Source: an uncultured Bacilli bacterium (lineage in GTDB: Bacteria > Bacillota_I > Bacilli_A > RF39 > UBA660). Taken from it: a DNA stretch of 38,856 nucleotides. A program made the position numbers and the translations under genes. Below are positions 27,693 to 35,565 of this stretch, in pieces (position 1 is the stretch's first letter; every line of letters starts with the position of its first letter). The stretch covers positions 1 to 38,856 of the forward strand of contig CANPXJ010000003.1 in assembly GCA_947585915.1 (NCBI GenBank), written 5' to 3'. The notes under the pieces were generated by a model. That model was given only the letters and a program-made list of their open reading frames with translations. It was not told the origin of the DNA and did not search any database.

Positions 27693-28894
27693 TCAAAAAA
27701 ACTCAATTGCTTATTACTATTAATTGGGGGTATTTTATCTTCTAATACTAAATTAGCCTCAATAAAATTCTTCTTAAAATAAGATAGATTGGTAAAATAT
27801 TTATGGTTACAAGTTATAAAGTATTTGGCTCTTTTTAAGACGATGCCCATTGCTTTTAAATCTTTGAAAGTAATTTTAAAATGCTGACGGGAACTAATAA
27901 TCCTCCTAGCTCCCTTAACCCCAATCCCTGGCACTTTAAGAAGATCATAATAAGAGGCAGTATTTATTTCTTTGGGAAATTCTTCTAAATGATTTAAAGC
28001 CCAGAAAGCTTTAGGGTCGAGTAGTAAGTTTAAATTAGGGTGCTCTTCATCTAGAATATCTTTAGTTTTAAAATGATAATAACGAAGAAGCCAGTCGGTT
28101 TGATAAAGCCGATGTTCTCTAACAAGAGGTGGAGTAGTTAGGCTTGGTAATAATTTATCTTTATTAACAGGTATATAGGCAGAATAAAAAACTCTTTTTA
28201 AATTGTAGTTTTGGTACATGTTTTCACTTTTTTGCATGATATCTAAATCATTTTCCTTGGTAGCTCCAATAATCATTTGCGTACTTTGCCCAGCTGGCGT
28301 AAATTTGCGTGATTTATTATTTTTAATGTAACTCATGATATTTTCAACTTTTTTAGTTTCTTTGTTAGGAGCTAGTAATTTTAATGATTGTTCAGTAGGT
28401 AATTCAACATTAGCACTAAGTCGGTCCACTAATAAACCTAACTTTTTTAATAAAACTTCACTGCAATTGGGAATGGCTTTAGCATGAATATATCCACCAA
28501 AATGATATTTATGACGAAGTAAATGAATTGTTTTTATCATTAATTCCATTGTATAATCAGCATTTTTTATAATACCAGAGCTTAAAAATAATCCTTCAAT
28601 ATAATTACGACGATAAAAGTTTAATGTTATACTACAAATTTCTTCTGGTGTAAATAACGCTCGTTTTACATTATTGCTTTTTCGATTTAAACAATATTTA
28701 CAATCATAAATACAACAATTGGTCATAAGAATTTTAAGTAAAGAAATACATCTTCCATCAGCTGAAAAAGAATGACATATTCCACTAAAAGACGTGTTAC
28801 CAAAGGCATTTTGCCGCTTGCTCCCGCTGGAAGAGCATGAGGCATCATATTTAGCGCTATCAGCAAGTATTTGTAGTTTTTCTTTTATCTCCAT
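27689..28894 (-). CDS. Putative DNA modification/repair radical SAM protein (TIGR03916-like)
   Basis: KLQILADSAKYDASCSSSG, GICHSFSADGRCISLLKILMTNCCIYDCKYC (CxxxCxxC), PAGQSTQMIIG, REHRLYQ, HhH motif LLKVPGIG. Confidence 0.95.
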   Translation of the reverse strand: MEIKEKLQILADSAKYDASCSSSGSKRQNAFGNTSFSGICHSFSADGRCISLLKILMTNCCIYDCKYCLNRKSNNVKRALFTPEEICSITLNFYRRNYIEGLFLSSGIIKNADYTMELMIKTIHLLRHKYHFGGYIHAKAIPNCSEVLLKKLGLLVDRLSANVELPTEQSLKLLAPNKETKKVENIMSYIKNNKSRKFTPAGQSTQMIIGATKENDLDIMQKSENMYQNYNLKRVFYSAYIPVNKDKLLPSLTTPPLVREHRLYQTDWLLRYYHFKTKDILDEEHPNLNLLLDPKAFWALNHLEEFPKEINTASYYDLLKVPGIGVKGARRIISSRQHFKITFKDLKAMGIVLKRAKYFITCNHKYFTNLSYFKKNFIEANLVLEDKIPPINSNKQLSFFE

Positions 28895-28937
28895 AATTAT
28901 TCACCATCTTTAGTATACCTCAAAATTATAAAATAAG

Positions 28938-28951
28938 CAAACAAATGTTTA
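28938..28951 (-). promoter_or_regulatory. LexA (Cheo)-like box at the -35 of the radical SAM operon promoter
   Basis: CAAAC-AAAT-GTTTA on the + strand, overlapping TTGCTT-N17-TATACT on the minus strand. Confidence 0.6.
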
Positions 28952-28997
28952 TGGTTGTAAAAAAATGGAAAATATTATGCAGCAAACTTTACAAAAA

Positions 28998-29026
28998 TTG
29001 ACAAAAACGAAAAAATGTGCTATAAT
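28998..29026 (+). promoter_or_regulatory. Consensus sigmaA promoter
   Basis: TTGACA-N17-TATAAT with an extended TG. Confidence 0.85.
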
Positions 29027-29117
29027 TTTAGCATCAGTGGGGATTGGGTAGCATATAAAAATTGTACTTATAAAGTCCTGATTGAAAGGATTTTTTCTAT
29101 TTAAGGGGGAAAAGAAA

Positions 29118-29813
29118 ATGGAAATAATTGCTCATACTGCATTAACTGCTAAAACAAAAGAAGGATTAGAAAATTTAATTGCCGATGATAGATTTTCAAA
29201 AATAGAATTAGATTTTATTCCAACTAAAGATACAACTTTAGTCTGGGCACATGGTCTAAAAAAAGATAATCAAAAATTAAATCAAACAAATTATAAAGAT
29301 TTAAGCAATGTTTTAACTTTAGATGAAGTCTTAGAAATTGTAAATAATAGAAAGAAATTATTAATTGAAATTAAACATTTTATAGATTACAAACAAAAAT
29401 CGGAAGAGTTATTAAAGAAATTAGAACAATTAAAATATACAAAAGATAATGTGCAAATTCAAAGTTTTAATCAACATGTCATAAAATTTTTATTACAAAA
29501 CAAAGAAAATTTAAAAAATGTTGAAATAGGACTAATAATTAATTTATTTAAGACTTTTAATTATCGAAAAGGAAATATTGAAGGTTTAGAAAACGTGGAT
29601 TTTGTGTCTTTAGCTTCTGAATTATATGAATGGCCTGTTGTCGGAGAAGATTATAAATTATATAGAGATTTATTTTTAAATTCTAAACAATATGCATGGA
29701 CATGGGATTTAGTTTATAAAGAAACAGATAAACGTCTTAATAACTATATTGATAAAAAAGTAGATGGAATTATTACTTTAGCTCCTGAACTTATTTTAAA
29801 TCGTACTAGATAA
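29118..29813 (+). CDS. Glycerophosphodiester phosphodiesterase (GDPD)-like protein
   Basis: IIAH, IELD, AH, IEIK, IQSFN, AWT, VDGIIT; ATG 29118 follows AGGGGG. Confidence 0.78.
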   Translation: MEIIAHTALTAKTKEGLENLIADDRFSKIELDFIPTKDTTLVWAHGLKKDNQKLNQTNYKDLSNVLTLDEVLEIVNNRKKLLIEIKHFIDYKQKSEELLKKLEQLKYTKDNVQIQSFNQHVIKFLLQNKENLKNVEIGLIINLFKTFNYRKGNIEGLENVDFVSLASELYEWPVVGEDYKLYRDLFLNSKQYAWTWDLVYKETDKRLNNYIDKKVDGIITLAPELILNRTR

Positions 29814-29882
29814 AAATATTAAGTTTACTAAAGATATATTTATGTGTTATAGTAATAACCATTAATTGATGGAGGTTTTAAA

Positions 29883-30437
29883 ATGTTACACGATCTATTA
29901 GATAAAAAAATATATGAGGCAACTTTGATAGCTGTTGATGGCAATGAAATAGGTAATAAAAAAGAGGTAATTAAAAAAAGACTAAATTGTGATGGTTTTA
30001 AGGAAATTGAAAGATTAATTGTTCAAAAAACTAGTAATAAGGGAATATATCAAGAAATTATAACTGGTATATTAATACCAGCTTATGAGACTATTGATAC
30101 TAAAATTCCAATAATTCCTTCGCTTATAGATGAGAGCTGGATAATACATAAATATCCTAATAGCCCAACATGTGTTTTAATAAGTAAAGATATGTTTAAA
30201 GTAGCTAATACTAAAGCTAGTTTAGAAAGGTTAAAAGAATATTATAAAAAGCATCAAAATGTTGATGAATTTGCTGAATATTTAAATAATTTATTTCAAA
30301 TGAATGATGAAAAATTTGATAGAGAATTTAATCTATTTGCTAAAAAAGTTGAAGATAGGGAGAATAAGAAGCAACAAGATAAAGAAGAACTAAAACAATT
30401 ACTTAGAACTATCGAAAATAATAGAGTAAAAAACTAG
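29883..30437 (+). CDS. Hypothetical protein
   Basis: 184-aa ORF, GGAGG RBS, terminator at the stop. Confidence 0.75.
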   Translation: MLHDLLDKKIYEATLIAVDGNEIGNKKEVIKKRLNCDGFKEIERLIVQKTSNKGIYQEIITGILIPAYETIDTKIPIIPSLIDESWIIHKYPNSPTCVLISKDMFKVANTKASLERLKEYYKKHQNVDEFAEYLNNLFQMNDEKFDREFNLFAKKVEDRENKKQQDKEELKQLLRTIENNRVKN

Positions 30438-30457
30438 GAATCACTTCCTAATTTTTT
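30435..30457 (+). terminator. Intrinsic terminator
   Basis: TAGGAA-tcac-TTCCTA followed by a T-tract. Confidence 0.6.
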
Positions 30458-31377
30458 TATCCCATAATTTGACCACCATTATTGTGAATTACTTGGCCGG
30501 TTACATAAGAAGAATCATCACTAGCTAGAAAGACAAAAGTTGGGGCAAGTTCATAAGGCATAGCTCCTCTAGCCATAGCAGCATCTGCTCCAAGTGACGG
30601 TATTTTTTCTTTTACCCAACAAGCAGGTTGTAAAGGGGTCCAATAAAATCCAGGAGCAATAGCATTAACACGTATATTTTTTAAAGCTAAATTTCGAGCT
30701 AAACTTCTCGTAAATCCTACAATTGCTCCTTTAGTAGTAACATAATCAATTAATTGCGGTTCGCCATAAAAGGTTGTAACTGAAGATAAATTTATAATGG
30801 ATGAGCCACTTTTTAAAAGGGGAAGAACTTCTTTAGTTAAATAAAACATACCATAGACATTAACTTTCATTGTATGGTCAAATTGTTCATCGGAAATACT
30901 TCCAAGTTCATCTTGTTGATATTGAACCCCCGCATTATTAACTAATATATCTATTTTACCAAATCTCTTTAAGGTTTCGTTGACAATGCGTTTAGAAAAA
31001 TTTTTATCAGCAATATCCCCACTTAAAAATAAACATTCGCCACCCATTTTTTCAATATAATTTTTCGTATCTTCAGCATCCTTATGCTCATCAAAATAAG
31101 GAATTACCACTTTAGCTCCCTCTTTGACAAAAGCAATAGCACAAGCTCTTCCTAGTCCACTATCACCACCAGTTATGATAGCAACTTTGTCTTGTAATTT
31201 AGAACTACCATGGTAATTAGGATTATCAAAAATTGGTAAAGGATGCATTAAATATTCCATACCTGGTTGCTTATCTTGAGATTGTTCAGGAGCTAATATT
31301 TTATATTTAGTGTATTTCACTCCATACTTTTTATCATATTTATATGCAGTATTACCATATGTATAATTATATTTCAA
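30457..31377 (-). CDS. SDR family oxidoreductase (YhdF/YdaD-like)
   Basis: QPG.E..M.P.P N-terminal extension, TGGDSGLG, NNAG, YVTTK (YxxxK), IRVNAIAPG; TTG start after GAGGTG. Confidence 0.93.
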   Translation of the reverse strand: MKYNYTYGNTAYKYDKKYGVKYTKYKILAPEQSQDKQPGMEYLMHPLPIFDNPNYHGSSKLQDKVAIITGGDSGLGRACAIAFVKEGAKVVIPYFDEHKDAEDTKNYIEKMGGECLFLSGDIADKNFSKRIVNETLKRFGKIDILVNNAGVQYQQDELGSISDEQFDHTMKVNVYGMFYLTKEVLPLLKSGSSIINLSSVTTFYGEPQLIDYVTTKGAIVGFTRSLARNLALKNIRVNAIAPGFYWTPLQPACWVKEKIPSLGADAAMARGAMPYELAPTFVFLASDDSSYVTGQVIHNNGGQIMG

Positions 31378-31453
31378 TTATAATCACCTCACTATTAGTA
31401 TATGTGGGCTTTTTAAATAGATTATATAATATTTGCAACATTAAATAAAAAGA

Positions 31454-31482
31454 CAAAAAAAAGAGTAAAAATTTTTACTCCC
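31454..31482 (-). terminator. Intrinsic terminator
   Basis: Perfect palindrome GAGTAAAAATTTTTACTC (31463-31480) with an adjacent A-tract giving a U-run on the minus strand. Confidence 0.65.
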
Positions 31483-31533
31483 GTCTTCCAACAAAATTTT
31501 TGATAGTAAATTACAAATATATATTTTAATCTC

Positions 31534-32025
31534 CTATTTTGTATACAATTTTCTTTTTGAAGACTTAATAACATTTTTTTCTTTTCTTTCTAGGTTAGAC
31601 TTTATTAGTTCTATTTCTCGTAATGTAAAGTTATCCAAAGTATTTATATTTAAAGATGGATATCCTTCTTTTAAAGATTCTGCCAAATCATCTTTCATTT
31701 TTAAATATATGTCATATTTTTTTAATTCTTGTATTTTTTCATCAAAGGTATATAAATAATTATAACTTGGTGAGTGAGATGAATTAAGGACTAATGATAA
31801 TAGAGCATATTTTTCTCTAGATTCAATGATATTCTTTAAAGTATCGTTTTGCTGCCTTTCTTTCGCTTGTTGAAACAATTTATCCTGAAGTTCTTCCTCT
31901 ATTTCTTTACTATAATCTAACACTTTACAAGTATTATCTAGATAATAGATTACTATTTTATTGTATAGTATTTCGTAATTTTTAATTAAATTGTTAAGAT
32001 TAGCATTTTTCCAACCAAATGTCAT
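31534..32025 (-). CDS. Hypothetical protein
   Basis: ATG 32025 follows GAGGAGG; charged, probably helical protein. Confidence 0.7.
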   Translation of the reverse strand: MTFGWKNANLNNLIKNYEILYNKIVIYYLDNTCKVLDYSKEIEEELQDKLFQQAKERQQNDTLKNIIESREKYALLSLVLNSSHSPSYNYLYTFDEKIQELKKYDIYLKMKDDLAESLKEGYPSLNINTLDNFTLREIELIKSNLERKEKNVIKSSKRKLYTK

Positions 32026-32164
32026 TTTTTCCCTCCTCGTATAAAGCAAAAATATAATAGCAAATTTTTAGGACTTTTACAAGAACTTTATCAAAAACTG
32101 GCAAATTGCAAATACTACCTATATATGCTAAAATATTTTTGAAAAAATTTGTAGGAAGTTAGTT

Positions 32165-34576
32165 ATGAAAAAAAATAGAAATAATTATTTAATATTAATA
32201 ATTTATGGATTAGGATTAATATTTTTGCTACTTGGGTTAAATCATGTTTATGGTTCAATAACAGATTGGTTTAATCAACATACAATTTTTCCTGATTATT
32301 TTCGTAACTTTTTTTATGAAACAAAACAAATATTACCAGACATGGCTTTTAACATTGGGGCTGGGCAAAATATTTATAATTTTTCTTACTATGGTTTTTT
32401 AAGTCCAATTATTCTCTTTTCTTATCTCCTACCTTTTTTGAATATGACAACTTATTTAATTCTTATTAATATAATATTATATTTATTATCAGGAATTTTA
32501 ATGTATAAATGGCTAAATAATAACTTTAAAAATAATAAATTATCTCTTTTTTCAGGTCTTATTATCCTAACTTTTAGTCCTCTTACTTATCAATTTCACC
32601 ATCACTTTATGTTTGTTTCCTATCTTCCTTTTTTACTTTTAGCTTTAATAGGAATAGATAAATATCTTAAAGATTCAAAGAATCTATTATTAATTATTAG
32701 TATTTTTTTAATTATCTTAACCAATTATTATTTTAGTATTAGTTGTTTATTTGCTTTAGGAATTTACTTTATTTATAAAGCTATATCTTTAAAAAAATTT
32801 AATTTTAAAACTTTAGGACAAGGAGCATTGCGAGTAGTAATAGCCATTTTTTTAGCTGGGGTGTTACTGCTTCCTACTATTCATACAATTTTATCAACAT
32901 CAAGAGTAGTTACTGAGGTCATTACCTTAAAAGATTATTTAGAAATTGATTTTTCTCGTTTTATGTACGCTCCTTTTGGTTTAGGAATCAGTGGGATGTT
33001 TATTGTTGCCTTATTTAGTAATATTTTTACTAGTAAAAAAAGCGAAGTTAAGTTTTTAAATATAGTCTTATTATTAATAATTAGTCTTCCTTTTATAATG
33101 TATATATTAAATGGACTTTTATATATTAGAGGAAAAGTATTAATACCTTTTATCCCTCTTTATATTTTGTGTTTAGTTGAGTTTATGAAAAATATAAAAA
33201 GTTTTAAATGGACTAACTTATATTTAATATTTTTTCTTTATTTATTGATATATACTTTACTTGATTTAACAAATATCTTATATGTTTTAGAAATTATTAT
33301 ATCTTTTCTATTAGTGTTGTTATTTAAAAATAAGAAGAAACTAATTTATATTTATATCTTTATTATCTTATTTTTAAGTTCTTTTATAACTAATATGACA
33401 GAGGATTATGTAAAAATAGATGAATATAAAAAAATAAATACGCAAGATATCAACTATCTTTTAAGAGAACGAGAAAAAGATAATTATTATCGAACAGATA
33501 TATTATATTATCCTAATAATAATTTAAATAAAGTTTATCAAAAAGATTATTATAGTACGACTTTGTATTCTTCTACTTATAATGAAAATTATTGGCAATT
33601 TTATAATAGTATTGGTAACAATATTAGGTTTCGAAATTATCTTATGAGTGCTGGAAGCAAAAATGATTTATTTAATACTTTTATGGGGGTAAAATATATT
33701 ATTGCCAAAGATTATAATAGTTTGTATTATCAAAAAGTTGCTAGTATGTCTGGTAAAGATAATTTGAATTTATATTATAATAAACACGCTTACCCGTTAA
33801 TATATGTATCTAATAATATTGGTTCGCTAAAAGAGTATAATAAATTAAGTTTTCCTTATAACCTAGAGTATTTAATGAATAAAACTGTTGTAGATTCTAA
33901 TGTTAAAGGGCAAAATACCACGAATATTAAACAATATGATTCAGTAAATATTAAAGATACTTATAAATTTAGTAATAATAAAAAGGAAGAAAAAATTTAT
34001 AAACTTCCTAGTGATTATCAAAATAAAATTCTTTACATTTCTTTTGATATGAATAAATCTAATAGTTGTAGTAAACAAGATACCTCTATAACTATTAATG
34101 GAATTACTAATACTTTAACTTGTAAAACTTGGCGTTATCATAATCAAAATTATCATTTTCAGTATGTTATTCCTCTTATTAATAATGAATTAAAAGTAAA
34201 AGTTTCTAAAGGGGATTTTGATATTACGAATGTTAATGTTGCTTATTCAGATACAATGTTTAACTCTTTAGAAGAATTAAATGAGTTAAAAATAAATCAA
34301 CAAAAAAGTACAATTACCGGAAATGTTTCTTTACAAGAAGATTCTTATTTAGTTACCTCTATTCCTTATGATGAAGGCTTTACTATTTATGTTAATGGAA
34401 AGATGCAAAAAAAAGAAAAAGTTAATGTAGCATTTTTAGGATGCAAATTAAAAAAAGGAAAAAATGATATTGTGATTAAATATACTGCTCCTTTAAAAAA
34501 GGAAGGGCTAGTATTGACAATTATAGGGTTATTTAGTTTAATAAGTTTGTATTTATGGGAAAAGAGGAAAAGATAA
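32165..34576 (+). CDS. YfhO family membrane glycosyltransferase (GT-C)
   Basis: DWFNQH, GAGQN..FSYYG.LSP, TNYYF, C-terminal TSIPYDEGF...IKYTAPL. Confidence 0.9.
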   Translation: MKKNRNNYLILIIYGLGLIFLLLGLNHVYGSITDWFNQHTIFPDYFRNFFYETKQILPDMAFNIGAGQNIYNFSYYGFLSPIILFSYLLPFLNMTTYLILINIILYLLSGILMYKWLNNNFKNNKLSLFSGLIILTFSPLTYQFHHHFMFVSYLPFLLLALIGIDKYLKDSKNLLLIISIFLIILTNYYFSISCLFALGIYFIYKAISLKKFNFKTLGQGALRVVIAIFLAGVLLLPTIHTILSTSRVVTEVITLKDYLEIDFSRFMYAPFGLGISGMFIVALFSNIFTSKKSEVKFLNIVLLLIISLPFIMYILNGLLYIRGKVLIPFIPLYILCLVEFMKNIKSFKWTNLYLIFFLYLLIYTLLDLTNILYVLEIIISFLLVLLFKNKKKLIYIYIFIILFLSSFITNMTEDYVKIDEYKKINTQDINYLLREREKDNYYRTDILYYPNNNLNKVYQKDYYSTTLYSSTYNENYWQFYNSIGNNIRFRNYLMSAGSKNDLFNTFMGVKYIIAKDYNSLYYQKVASMSGKDNLNLYYNKHAYPLIYVSNNIGSLKEYNKLSFPYNLEYLMNKTVVDSNVKGQNTTNIKQYDSVNIKDTYKFSNNKKEEKIYKLPSDYQNKILYISFDMNKSNSCSKQDTSITINGITNTLTCKTWRYHNQNYHFQYVIPLINNELKVKVSKGDFDITNVNVAYSDTMFNSLEELNELKINQQKSTITGNVSLQEDSYLVTSIPYDEGFTIYVNGKMQKKEKVNVAFLGCKLKKGKNDIVIKYTAPLKKEGLVLTIIGLFSLISLYLWEKRKR

Positions 34577-35508
34577 TGGACTTAATTTCAGTAATTGTTC
34601 CTTGTTATAACGAAGAAGAAAGTATTCCTTTATTTTGTGAAGAAATGCATAAAGTAATAAAAAAAGTTAAGGTAAACTGGGAAATTATTTTTATTAATGA
34701 TGGCTCAACTGATAATACTTTAGAAGTTTTAAAAAAATTAGCTTCAAAATATAAACGAGTAAAATATTTTTCTTTCACCCGTAATTTTGGTAAAGAAGCA
34801 GCAATTATGGCGGGGATTGAAAAAGCCAAAGGAAACTATATTGGTTTAATGGATGTTGATTTGCAAGATCCTCCTCAATTTTTAGAAGATATGTATTATA
34901 TTTTAAAACATGAAGATTATGATTGTGTAAGAACTAGAAGAGCTACAAGAAAGGGAGAAGCTTTATTTAGAAGTATTTTTTCTAAAGCTTTTTATAAGTT
35001 AATAAATAAAATTTGTAATGTTAAAATAGTTGATGGAGCTAGAGATTATTGTTTAATGAAAAGGAGTGTAGCTAGCTCTATAATGGATTTTAAAGAAGTT
35101 AATCGCTTTTTTAAAGGAATAGTTAGTTATACTGGGTATAAAACGAAATGGTTAGAATTTGAAAATGTCGAAAGAGCAGCGGGAGAAACCAAATGGTCTT
35201 TATGGCAATTATTTAAGTATGCTATGGAAGCAATATTTTCTTTTTCCGTTTTTCCTTTAATATTAGCAACTATTATGGGTATTATTTGTTTTATTCTTTC
35301 TTTATTATTTATCGTTATTATTTTTATCAAAACAATTATTTTCTCTGATCCTGTTTCAGGATGGTCATCACTTGCCTGTATTATTTTATTTTGTTCAGGT
35401 GTGCAATTATTTTCTTTAGGTATTATCGGGGAATATTTAGCTAAAACGTATTATGAAACTAAGAAAAGACCACTATATATAATAAGGGAAAGTAGTGAAG
35501 AAAAATAA
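34576..35508 (+). CDS. GT2 polyprenol-phosphate glycosyltransferase (GtrB/CsbB-like)
   Basis: ISVIVPCYNEEE, INDGSTD, RNFGKEAA, MDVDLQDPP, two C-terminal TMs, ETKKRPLY; TAATG coupling to yfhO. Confidence 0.93.
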   Translation: MDLISVIVPCYNEEESIPLFCEEMHKVIKKVKVNWEIIFINDGSTDNTLEVLKKLASKYKRVKYFSFTRNFGKEAAIMAGIEKAKGNYIGLMDVDLQDPPQFLEDMYYILKHEDYDCVRTRRATRKGEALFRSIFSKAFYKLINKICNVKIVDGARDYCLMKRSVASSIMDFKEVNRFFKGIVSYTGYKTKWLEFENVERAAGETKWSLWQLFKYAMEAIFSFSVFPLILATIMGIICFILSLLFIVIIFIKTIIFSDPVSGWSSLACIILFCSGVQLFSLGIIGEYLAKTYYETKKRPLYIIRESSEEK

Positions 35509-35513
35509 GCCTC

Positions 35514-35542
35514 TTTACATTGGTACAAATGTTTGCTATACT
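35514..35542 (+). promoter_or_regulatory. sigmaA promoter with a LexA-like box in the spacer
   Basis: TTTACA-N17-TATACT with an extended TG; GGTAC-AAAT-GTTTG at 35522-35535. Confidence 0.6.
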
Positions 35543-35565
35543 AAACTGGTAAGTGGGGGATTATA

